Shown here in pieces: positions 44,570 through 57,417 of a DNA stretch of 64,000 bases. Origin of the DNA: Cirrosporium novae-zelandiae (Eukaryota); the NCBI GenBank assembly GCA_026023565.1, contig JAPETS010000001.1, positions 1,426,001-1,490,000 on the forward strand, read 5' to 3'. Position numbers and translations under genes: made by a program. The notes below the pieces were generated by a model, which ran no database searches, had not been told where the DNA came from, and worked only from the letters and a program-made list of their open reading frames with translations. Numbering within the stretch: the first letter of the stretch is position 1; each line of letters opens with the position of its first letter.

Positions 44570-44822
44570 TATAAAAATAACGTTTAATATAAATAATATA
44601 ATAAATTAATAAAATAATAAAATATATAATTAATAAATATAATATATTATTTATATATAAAATATAAATAATAATAATAGTTTTCGAAATATTTTTTCTA
44701 TAAATATAAAAATCGAACGTTGCTTTAATAAATCAAGCAGCGTTCTCTTATATAAAGGTTTGGCCACGGGCCAAGCCTTGCCTATACGCCTACGAAGCGC
44801 ATATGCTTGGCACGCCGTTACA
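44570..44822 (-). mobile_element. Family-1 LTR, 253 bp, probable 5' LTR
   Basis: Reverse complement of 18612-18864. The outer half is nearly intact (...gcatatgcttggcacgccgttaca) and the inner half is heavily RIPed. Confidence 0.92.
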
Positions 44823-45624
44823 TCTATATTTTATTCTATATTTTATTATAATCCTAATAATATATAGCGGTATTTTATTTTTTAATTTTTTATTATATTT
44901 TATATTTATTTCTTATTTTTTAAATATAATTATTATTAGATTAGAATTATTAATAATTTTCTAGAAAAATTTTAATCCCGAATTATCGATAGATTAAAAA
45001 ATTAATTTTAATCCGATTATAATTATTTTACAAATTTTTTATTACGATTAAATTTTAAAAATAATAAATAAAAAACGGACGAAAAATAAATAAATATATA
45101 TAAATAATTTTAATTATTATTTTAATAATATATTAAATATAAATTATAATAAAAAATTTCTAAATATTTATCGATTAATTTTAATATTCGGTATAATTAA
45201 AAAATAAAAATTTATATAATATATTAAATTTATTAAATTAAAAAATAATAATAAAACGATAAATATTAATAAAAATAATATTATATATTAACGTTAATTT
45301 ATAAAATATATAAATTAAAAATAATTAATATATAAATTTTTTAATATAAAAATATAAATTAATAAAATATATTTAATTTTATTTATTTAAACGTTTTAAT
45401 AAATAATATTTTAAAATTAATATAATAATTAAAAAAACGGATTCTAAATTTTCTAAATATATATATACCGAAAAATATTAATATAAATAATAAATATTAT
45501 TTAAATAATAACGTAAAATCCGATAATATTTAAAATAATTTTTATATTTTTAATCGATAAAATACGACGGTATATTAAAAACGACGATAATTTAATTATA
45601 TTAATAATAATATAATATATTATC

Positions 45625-46706
45625 GGGGGTTAGGAGGGGGCCAAGCGATCGTACAGGGGGTATACGAGCATACCAGACACCTAGTAGATCAAGGGGCGAA
45701 AGTCGCTATTAGGTGGGTCCCAGGGCACTATAGGGTACCAAGGAACGAAACAGCAGACCAAACGGCCAAAATAGATACAACGCTAAAAAATAATAGAATA
45801 ACGGAATAGATCTCGCTGGCCTATATATCCCGTAATATAATAGAAGAACGGATTATAAAAACGTATAATTAATTATATAATTAAAAAATAAAAAAATCGC
45901 CTAATAGATTTTATCGAATATACCTAAAATATAAAAAAAATCGGATACTAGAATATACGTTTAAAAAATTGATGGATAAGTTTTATTAAATAAAAACGGG
46001 GCACGCCGCTACCGGGGAATATATATACCGTACGAAAATTACTATTACCCCGGAATATTAATAATACAGGGTTTTATATTAAAATATACTTTATTTGATA
46101 TTAATATACCCGCGCTAAAAAACGGCTAAAATCCGTTCACGGGGAATAATAAAAAAATAAAAGAATTAATAATCTAATATAACTAATAAAAAAAAACTAG
46201 TATTCGTATTAAAAAACCGAAAATTTTTTAAAAATTAAATATATTTTTTAAACGATACGGAAATAAAAAAACCCCAGTACTGGACCAGATACGAAATAAA
46301 AAATCGTAAAACGTATCTGGATTAAAGATAGATAAAACCCGGATATAGGGGGGGAAACGATCTAGAGATAGATATTAAATAAAAACTGGGCCCGTAATAG
46401 AAACGCGGGATAAGCGTATACGTAAACAAAAATTAAAAAAATCCAAAATAAATACGAATAAACCTATTTATAGATTACGAATACCGAAATAACGTTAAAA
46501 AACTATCCGGTTAAATAAATCAGGTGATTCTAGGAAACCTAAAAAAAAGGGGAAACTATATAACTGAACCAGAGGGATAACTCCCACCACCGTAATTAAA
46601 AATAAGCCCGAAAGAGGATACAAAAAAACCTAAAAACCCCCGAATAAAATCCGTTATAACTTCTAAACGATATATAAATATAAAACAATAAATAATTATC
46701 ATCATC
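45625..46706 (+). mobile_element. 5'-truncated LINE insertion (1082 bp)
   Basis: 15-bp TSD atataatatattatc (45610-45624 and 46707-46721) and an atcatcatc tail. Confidence 0.94.
45627..45770 (+). pseudogene. RNase H domain remnant of LINE ORF2
   Basis: Translates as GLGGGQAIVQGVYEHTRHLVDQGAKVAIRWVPGHYRVPRNETADQTAK, matching the RNase HI WVPGH-x-G-x-x-GNE-x-AD-x-x-AK motif with RIP-type G->A changes. Confidence 0.9.
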
Positions 46707-49443
46707 ATATAATATATTATCTATTAAAATATATATAAAATTTATAATTATATTTATAAATAAAAAAATTTATATTTAATTAATATATTATAAATCTAAA
46801 AATAATAAAATTTAATATTATAATTATAATTAAATCGTTATCGAAATTATAAAAAATAAATTTTATATATCGAATAATAAATCGTAGAACAATAAAAAAT
46901 AAAACGAATATAAAAAATATAATGGTTAAAATAAATAATTTATTTTAATATTAATTCTGGTAGATTTCGTTTATATTAAAAATATTCATTATTGAAAAAA
47001 AATATTACGAAAATCGATTTTATCGTAAAAATTAAAGAATTTAATAATAATTATTTAATATTTAAATTTATTTTTAGATTCTTTTATTTTTTAAGATTAG
47101 ATTTCTTATTTAAATTAAAAAAATATTTATTTTATTATAAATTTTATTTTATTTTTATTTAATTTTTATTTTTTACCGTAAATATTTAATAATATAATTA
47201 TTAATATAATATATTAATTTAAATTTTTAGAATATTAATATTAAATATTTAATAAATTATAAAAAATAGAAATATAATTATTTATATATTTAATGAATAA
47301 AAAAATAAAATATTATTTAATATTTTTAATTAAATTAAAACCAATTTATTTATTATTAAAAATAACGAATTTGATTAAAATATATTATTATAATTAATTA
47401 ATTTTTAATTTTTTTTTATTTTGATTTTTTATTTATTTGTTTTATTATATATATAAATTATAAAATTCTTTATTTTTAAAAATTTTATTCCTGTTTCTAC
47501 GGGATAACGCGAGAATTAATCAAAAAAAAATATTTTATTAATAAAAATAAGATCTATCCGAGGACTTGAAAATATTCATAGGTTACCGTAACCTCTGGAC
47601 AAGATTTTAATTTCGTAAAAAACTGATATGCCGATTATAATAGCAGTTTATTTTTTTTTTCCCTTATATATAAAGGTTTTGAATAATAAGATTATTATTC
47701 ACTATATTGCCCGGTTTCTATACGTTGCCCATTTTTTTTCTGCCTTTTTTTGCTTTTTACCCACCGTATCCCTATCATTTGGTAGAGAATTTCAGGACAA
47801 TATATTTTTTACGAATTATTTTCTCCTAATATTCTTTTTGTTTATTTATATATATATATATTGTTTATTATTCGGTGCTATACGTCCGTAGTATCAGCGG
47901 CAGCTACACCGACAACGCCGAATAATAAAATATTTATTATATATAATCTTTTTTTTTGATATTAATAGATTGATCGTTTTAAATAAATTATTATTCGGAA
48001 ATAACGGTAATAAAAAAATAATTCTTTTTTAAATAATAATATTCTAATTAAACAAACGATAAAAAAATTTAATATAATTCCGTTTCGTTATTACTATTTT
48101 ATATATTATTATTATTAATTTATAAAATATTAAATTTTTTCGTTATTAATAATGATTTATTAAAATTAATAATTCGAAAAATTAAATTTTTTTAGAATAT
48201 TATTTATTAATTTTTCAATAAAAAACTGTTGATTATTTTTATGTTATTAAATTTAATAATTTTTTTTGAAAGTATCGTTTTTAGGTATATTTACCCGAGC
48301 CGCTTTACTTTTAAATAATATTTATTATATATAATTTCGTATTTATCCGACCAAAAGTTATTTTTATTACGACGATTTTTATCGATTGTAGTATATATAT
48401 TTCTATTAATATTAGTTACTTTTTAATTTTTTTAAAATTAATTTCCCGGAATTATGGCGTTTTTTTTATATATTAATTTAACGTTTATTTATATTTATTA
48501 ATAATCTATTTATCGGGGGTGTCTTTAGAATTATATTAGAGAGATTAAATCGATAATAAAATATAATTCTTTTTTAATAAATTTAAAATTAGATCGACGA
48601 TTAAAATAAAATATTAAAAACGATTTTAAAAATTTTTTTCGTATAAATTAATTTTTGCGTTATTCGATAGCCAATTTATAAAGAATTAAATATAAAAATT
48701 AAAAATTATAATAATAGATTCGACGTTACGTACAAAGAATATTTTATATTACCAGAGATTGGCGATAAAATAGAATTAATTAGATAGAAATATAGAAATA
48801 ATCCTAATAGAATTTCTATTTAAAAAAAAAATTTATAATTTGAATTAAAAATTTTAGAATATTAATATTTTTCCCGTTTAAATTCTCTATTATATTTTTA
48901 ATATCTGATTTTATTTATTAGAAAAATATAGTTCAAATTTAATAGAAAATTTTAATATTATATATTTTCTATATATTTTTTTTTATTAATATTTTTTTTA
49001 TTGTCGGATATATTTTATTTTTTAATTTTTTTAATAAATTATATAATATTTATAATTATATTTAATATATATTATTAATATTTTTTTAAAATAATAATTA
49101 TTTTTTTTTATTTATTATTTATTTTATATATTAAATTAATTAGAATTTATTTTTTTTAATTCGTTTAGGATTTTATTTTATTATTAATGTTTTTGCTATT
49201 TTTCGGCAAATTTAATCCTATTTTTTAGAATATCTGTTTATATTAAATAGTATAGCTAGGATAATTTCTGGGTCTAAAAATAATAAATTAAATAAAATAA
49301 TATAATATTTATATTTTAGACGTAAATAATAATAATAATTAAGAAATATTTTTTAGATAAACGTAAAAAAATAATATTATATAAAATATTTCGATCTGGG
49401 ATTTAATTTCTACGTTCTAATACACGTATTTCGTTAATAATTT

Positions 49444-49545
49444 AATTAATTAATATTATTAATTTTTTTTATAACGTTATTCTAATAAAAATCAAATTAA
49501 TTAATATTATTAATTTTTTTTATAAAGTTATTCTAATAAAAATCA
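49444..49545 (+). repeat. 51-bp tandem duplication (one mismatch) in unassigned AT-rich DNA
   Basis: aattaattaatattattaattttttttataa(c/a)gttattctaataaaaatca occurs twice in tandem. Confidence 0.85.
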
Positions 49546-52500
49546 AATTTTTTTTTAATAATTTAAAATATAATTTTATTTATCGATTTTTATTTATATT
49601 TGGATCGATAATATTATAATAATTTTTTAATTCAAATTCTTCCGCTAATAATATTATAATATAAAATTCTATTATATTTTCGTTATATTTAAAATCCTTA
49701 ATAATAATAATAATTTCGATTTTTTTTCTAACGATAGTCTTTTTTAGTAAAATAATTATATATAAAATAGAATATATAGGGATTTGAGCAAATAAATAAA
49801 TATATAATAACGTATATTTTAGGATAAATAGCGCTAGAAATTTTGGAATAAATAATTTTATATATTTTCGGATAAAATATACCGTACGTTTTCGATAAAA
49901 TTATATTAGATATTTTAGCGGTGTAAATTTTTGGATAAATAATAATATATTTTTTCGATAATATTTGAAATAATTTATTAATATTAGTAAATATTAAAAA
50001 TATTTTCAGATTTATTTATACTGGAATAATAAAAACGTATAAATCCTATTATTAATTTATTAATTATACCGATATTCTTTTTTTTTATTATATTTGATTA
50101 TTTTATAATTTTCAGTTCCAGAGATTAAGTATCGTATTAATTTCCGTAGAAATCGCTAAATCTAATTTTTATTTATATTTTTGAATTTTATATTTTCTGT
50201 ATATTTTTTTTTTAATATTTGAGAAAATTAATACGATAATTTTATTATTTGTTCTATCTATAAAAACTATTATATTAAATCGTATTTAAAATTCTAATTA
50301 TTATTTATTTTAAATATAATCCTCCCACTAATAAAAAAACTAGATCAGGTTTTTATAAATATAATACGATTATTAGTTCCAAACGTTTTAATTAAATTTT
50401 TCGAGTATTCTATAATAATAATTTTTCGTAAACGCGGTATTATAATAATCAGAATAAAAAAATTATAATCAAATAAATTAATTTCAGGGGTAATATATTC
50501 TAGTTTGTTTTTGATTTTACGGGACAAATATTTGTTTATAACATAATAGAGATATTCTCAAATTTATATATCGGATTAATTTTAGTTTTTTTATATATTC
50601 TATATTTATTTTTAATCGATATTATATTTTTTTTTATCGCCGTTTTTTTTTGTATTATAATTTACGTTATATATATTATTATATCTAATTTATCGCGTTA
50701 TATATGATTATAAAACAATTAAATATTATTACAATTATATTTAATATTTAGTTCTAATTTGGTGCAATCAATATATATAGACCGGTGTCCGTTGTCCTCC
50801 AAATATTATAAAAAAATATAATTTATTTAAAGAATACGGTTCGGAATTATTTTTCTAATATTTAATTACTATTAATTTGTCGATAAAAATATATAAAAAA
50901 ACTAAATATCAAACAAAATTCCGTAAAAAATATAAGAAAAATAATCGAAAGAAAAACGTTTTTTAGTAATCCTATATTATCAAATCAATTTATTATTGTG
51001 ACGACCGTTATACGAAACAATTAATATTTATTTAAAATTTATAAAATTTAGCAGCAATAAAGAAATATCGGGAATTGAAAAAATACGTACCGTTAACGAG
51101 AATTAAACGGATACGAAAAAACGACAACGTCTAAAAAACGAATTAAACGAATCGGAATAAAATTTTATAATAAAATTTAGCGATTCGGTATTACGATTTT
51201 TATTTTAAAAAAAAAACGATTAAACGGGGAAACGTCGTCGAAAAATTTTACGAAAAAAAAATTTATAAAAAAAAGAGATTAATAATCGGGATATTTTAAT
51301 CGAATAAACGGTTAAATATATAATAATACGTATATTTCCCGTAATCGGAGAAAAAATATATTAAATTTTAAAAACCGACGATTTTACGGTATAATTACGG
51401 GAAATATTTTTCGGTTTAAAAACCCGAATAATCGTTTTAAAAAAACGAAATAATAAAACTATAAAAATTTAAAAAAAAAATCTAAAAAAATTATATACGA
51501 TTAAATAAAAATTTTTAATAATTAAAAAAATAATTATAATAATAATTTAAATATTATAAAATTAGATAAAAACCGCAGAAACTATATATAACGGAACGAA
51601 AAATTCTATAAATAAAAATTATATAATCCCAATAATTAAGCCCGAACGAATAATAAAAAAAAAAAATAATATTTTTTTTAATAATATCCCGAATAAATAT
51701 AATAGCTGGATCGTAGATATTTAATATATAAATAATAATATAAACGGATAAAAAAACCCAGAAAAACCTTTAATAAACGGTAAAAATAGCCAGATAGAAG
51801 GCTCTACCGCTGGCACCGAAGGCCCCGAAACAGATTTCTGTAAAAATAACGCCGGTTACGGGGTTTATTTATACTAAGATAGTCAGTAAAATAGCAGATA
51901 AATTTAATAAAAAATAGCAAATAATTAAATTCCGTAAAAAAGAACGTATTAGTTCCGCAGATAAAAATATAAAAACTAAAAATTAAAAAATACCGATTTT
52001 TAATAGAAAAAAACCAAATATTTAGATTTTACGGTATTAATAATAACGGCGATCAATATTAAATTAATTAATTTAAACGTATCGTCTGAATTACGGATAT
52101 AGAAAATCTATATTAATTAAAAAAATAATCTAAAAATTATATTTAATAAAAAAATTAATATAAATATATTAATATTTAAATATAAATAAAAAATTTTAAA
52201 AATTATAACGAAAATAAATAATATAATTATAAATATATATTTATTAAAAATTTTATATTAAATAAAAATATAAAAAAGATTTTTAAAAATATTTAAAAAT
52301 TTAAATAAATTAAATCTAATAAAAAAAAATTTAAAAAATATTTATTAATTATTCCGAAATACGATAATCGTATAAATAATATCGGAAAAATATTATTAAA
52401 AACGGGTACGAACCGGATTTATATTAAAAAAATATATTATTTTAATTAAAATAAAATTCCTATTTATAATATACGAAAAATAAAAAATCGAAAATTATTA

Positions 52501-52558
52501 TTTAACGGAACGTAAATTTCGATATACCCGATAATTTACGTTGAAAATAAATAAAACG

Positions 52559-52771
52559 TATCTAAAATATATTTAATTAGGATATAAATTATTCCTGGAA
52601 TATAAAAATAGAGCCCCGAAATATATTATATACGCGGAAATATACGAAACGTAAAACTATCGGTATCGGATAATAGGATATAAATCCGCGTATACGGGGG
52701 CTTATATATATATTTTATTAAAATATATAAACTGTTTAGGCCTTTATATAGTTACGGACAGAAAATACCCA
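52559..52771 (+). pseudogene. RIPed ORF1 (gag-like) triple zinc knuckle
   Basis: In one frame, TAT/TAC codons (RIP products of Cys and His codons) are spaced as C-x2-C-x4-H-x5-C, C-x2-C-x3-H-x4-(C/H) and C-x2-C-x3-H-x6-C. The last reads as-is Y-I-N-C-L-G-L-Y-I-V-T-D-R-K-Y-P. Confidence 0.75.
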
Positions 52772-55039
52772 GCTACCCGAAAAATAAAAATAGAATATAC
52801 GAAAAAAAAACGTTGAAAAAATATTATATAATCGTTTTACGTATTAATTTTTTTAAAAAAAAAATAAATCTAAAAAATTTTAATTAAAAATTAAAAACCC
52901 CCGAATCCTAAAAAAAAACGGAAAAAAAAATATAAATAATATCCGAAATATTAATAATATTCGTATTATAAATAAATAACGATATATGTAAATTATAAAT
53001 AAAAATATTATAATATAATTATTATAAAATATACGATATAATAATTATAATTTTAAAATTAATTATATAAATTAGAACGGATATAATATTATTATAAAAA
53101 TTTAATTAAAAATTAAAAAAAAAAATATTATATTTAATATAAGATTTTTATTAATCCGAATTAAAAATTTAAATAAAAAATAAAATTATAAAAACGGTTA
53201 TTATTATATATAAAAACCGAAAAAATAGTATATTTAAAATAATTATAAAAACCGATCTAATTAATTATTTTTATTTCGTAACGCTGGATATTAATATAAT
53301 AAATATAAATAAAAAAATAAAAAACCCGATTAAAATAATTAACGTTTACGATTAAAAATTAAAAAACGTATATTTCTAAAAATAAAATAAATAATAAAAA
53401 TCTAGAAAAATTTTATATAATATAAAATAAAAATTTATTTTTAATAATAATAAAATAATATTAATAAAAAATTTTAATATTTATAATTTAATATAAAAAT
53501 CTGAATAAATTATTTATATAAATAATACGTTTTTAATAATATTTATAAAAAAATAAGATTTAATAATATAAAATAATACCGCTCAGAATATTTGATTCGA
53601 AAAAAATCGATTTATTATTTAATAATTAATTTAATAATAATTAATTCCGCGATAAAATTATTTTAAAAATAATTAATAAATATAATAATCGATAATATAA
53701 ATAATAAATTAGGAATTAATTTAAATTATATTTTTATTTAATTTAAATAAAAAAATTATCGCCCAAAAATAAATTAATTAATCCCGAATTTATAGAATTT
53801 AAAATTGCTAGAAAACCCCTAATAATAAATTAAAATAAAATAAAAATAAAAATCCTAATTAATTACGAAAAATATATTAGCCGTAGATTATATAAAAATA
53901 TAATTAAAAAACGAAATATAAAAAATTATTATTTAATTAAAAATTATTTTAAATAAATACGTAAAATCTAAACGGGTATACGTTTAATCGAAAATTCAAT
54001 AAAACCCCGAATATATCGTTAAAAAATACGAATATTATATAATATTTAAAAAAACGAAATAAAAATACTAGATTTATAAAAAAATTAAAATAATATTTAA
54101 AAAATTTATAAAATTAATTAAAATTAAAAAAAAAAATAAATAAATCGATTTTTTTTAAATATATATAAAAAAAAAACGATTTAAATAAATTTTTAAATCC
54201 CGAAAATATTTAACGGAAATAAAAAATATTAAAATATTATAAATTTTAAAATTAAAACCCGATATTAACGTTTTATATAAAAAACGGGAAAATAATAATA
54301 AAAATTAAAAATAATAAAATTTTTATATAGAAATAAACGTTTCTATTATTTCTAAAAAATTCTAAATTTTAATTTCCGATTAGGGGGATATTCGTCTAAT
54401 AATTATTCGAAAAAACGGTACGAAAAACGTTATATATATAAAATACGAATAAAATACTAAAATATAATAATATTTAATTTAAAACGTTATATATATTATA
54501 ATAATAAAATTTTAATAAAATAATAAAAATAATCTGATATTATTTCCGGTTAAAATATTATCCGATATAATAAAAATATATTTAAAAAATATTATTATTT
54601 AAATCCGGAAAAATTAATAAAATATTAATTAAAAATTATAAAATAATAAATTTATTATATTATTTAAATAAAATAATTAAAAAAATCGTAATAAATATAT
54701 TAATAAATATATACAAAAATCTAAATAAATTATATAAAAATTAATTTAGATCGAAATATAATTAAAATATAATCGATATATTTATATATTTAATATATCG
54801 AATAAAAAAAAAATTTAATCGAAAATAAATAATTTATATTTTATTTATAAATATAAAAAAAACGTTTAATTATATATTATAATTTAAATTAATATAATAT
54901 CTAAAATAATTAAAAATCGATAAAAATATTATTAAATAAATAATTAATTTTATAATTTAACGAAATATTGAATTAATAATCAACGGAGAAATATAATTCC
55001 GAATTAATATAAAAACGGGGATATTATAAAAATCACCCG

Positions 55040-57417
55040 CCAGTTTTATGGCCCAACGAAGCGTCGAATTGGTGATCGACGGAGAGATACAACCCCGAAT
55101 CAGTATAGAAACGGGGGTGCCGCAAGGGTCACCCGTATCCCCAATATTATTCCTAATATATTGCAGCGGGCTATTCGCAGCCGTAGAGCAGCCGGTCCCT
55201 GGGATCAAAACCCTATTATTCGTGGACGACGTGAGCTTCTCGACTATCCAAATAAATAATAAATAAGCCCGGAAAACCATCTAATAAATAGTAAAAACGG
55301 CGGTCCAATAAAAAAAAAAATAGACTAGAATTCGACGCCTAAAAAATTGAAATTATAATTTTTTTTAGATTACGTAAATACTAAATTTAAATAAATATTA
55401 AACCGAAAATTAGAATTAACAATTATTTAATCGAATATAAAAAAGATTACGTACGATAATTAAATATATAATTAAACCCGAAATTTAATTTTTAGATTTA
55501 TTACGTTTAACGGTTAATTAAAGCCCGATATACGGAAAACGCAGTTAGATATATATATCACCGAAACGGGCTATTTACGGGATTTATACGCTAGATAGTC
55601 GTAACGATTATAATATCAATCTATATATACGGATATAAGGTTTGGTGGAAAGGGCAAACCGGCTATTAAATAGAATTTCAAAAATTATTGAATAGATTTA
55701 TTAGATTAATAATAGGGGCCTATAAAATAATTTTAATAACAGCGGGTATATAGAAAATCTATATATATCCCGTAAACGTAATATTAAATATTATATAAAA
55801 AAAATATAGATTTCGGTATTTCTAAAAAACCGAAAAAAATTTAACGAATTTAATATTATCGATAACGTTTAAAATAAAAAATGTAAACGTTTAATTAAAA
55901 AAATAATCGTTAAAAAATTTTTAATAAATTTAAAAAATTAAAAAAAATATATTAAATTAATATTTAATTATAACGATAATCTAAAAAATAATAAATTTAA
56001 ATTTTAAAATCGAAAAAATCTAAATAATCGAAAAAAATAAATTTTTAGCGAAACGTTAACGTAGAATTAAAAAAATATATATTAATCGAACGGATTTAAA
56101 TTAAAAAATCGTAAAATAAAAATAAAAATAATTTAGAAAATAATCGAAAAAATTTTATAAATAATACGAAAATATTATTTAAATTAAAATAAAAAAAATA
56201 TTTAATATAAAATTTTAAAAAACGTAAATAATTTTATAAATAATAATTAAAACGTATTTAAATAATTATAAAATTTTTAAAAAAAAAATAATAATCTTAT
56301 TTAATTCGCAAACGATTATTAAACGGATCGAAAAAAAAAAATTAAAAAAAAATTAAATAATTATATAAAAAATATATATATATATTAAATATTTAATCGA
56401 TTAAAAAACGAAAATTATTATTAAATAAATTTTAAAATATTATAAAATATTAAAAAACGAAATAATAAATTAAACGATTAAAATAAATACAGCGTTAAAA
56501 AATAATAAAATAATCGAATAAATTTCGTTAATTTATATAATTTATAATATAACGGAAAAACGGATTATAAAAATATATAATTAATTATATAATTAAAAAA
56601 TAAAAAAATCGCCCGATAAATCGTATCGAATATATCCGAAATATAAAAAAAATCGGGTATTAAAATACGCGCCTAAAAAACTAGTAAATAGATTTTATCG
56701 AATAAAAACAGGGTACGCCGTTATTAAAGAATATATATATCGTACAAAAATTATTATTATTCCGTAATATTAATAATACGGGATTCTGTATTAAAACGTT
56801 CTCTATTTAATATTAATATACCCGCGTTAAAAAACGGTTAAAATCTAATTACGGGGAATAATAGAAAAATAAAAAAACTAATAATCTAATATAGCCGAAA
56901 AAAAAAAACTAATATTCGTATTAAAGAACCGAAGATTTTTTAAAAATTAGATACGTTTTTTAGACGATACGGAAGTGGAGAAACCCTAGTGCTAGGCCAG
57001 ACACGAAATAGAAAATCGTGAGACGTACCTAGATTAAAGATAGGTAGAACCCGGACACGGAAAAAAAACGACCCAGAAATAAATATTAAATAAAAACTGG
57101 GCCCGTAATAGAAATACGGGGTAAGCGCATACGTAAACAAAGACTGAAAAAATCGAAAATAAATATAAATAGGCCTATTTATAGGCTACGAACACCGAAA
57201 TAACGCTAAAGAATTATCCGGTTAAATAAATCAGGTGATTCTAGGAAACCTAAAAAAGGGGGGGAAACTATATAGCCGAACCAGGGGGGTAACCTCCACC
57301 ATTATAGTTAAAAGTAAGCCCGAAAAGGGATACAAAGGGGCCTAAAAGCCCCTGAATAGAGTCCGTTATAGCTTTTAAGTGATATATAGATATAAAACAA
57401 TGAATAATTATCAATTA
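55040..57417 (+). mobile_element. 5'-truncated LINE copy K (2378 bp), nested in the same orientation in copy J
   Basis: 15-bp TSD tataaaaatcacccg (55025-55039 and 57418-57432). Own 3' tail at ~57398-57413. Confidence 0.92.
55048..55266 (+). pseudogene. Non-LTR reverse transcriptase core remnant
   Basis: The track ORF contains TGVPQGSPVSPILFLIY...LLFVDDVSF, the LINE RT PQG motif plus the F/YxDD catalytic motif. Confidence 0.95.

Noticed and set aside
45480..46990. Fot1/pogo-like DDE transposase remnant around the 45625 insert
   Set aside because: Only vague de-RIPed motif resemblance, with no TIRs or TA duplication found. It would need an HMM search.
44153..50527. I/F/Y/N/K-rich ORFs (44153, 47628, 50345; also 4271, 12133, 43456)
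   Set aside because: Their composition simply reflects AT-rich RIPed DNA, and they show no recognisable motifs.
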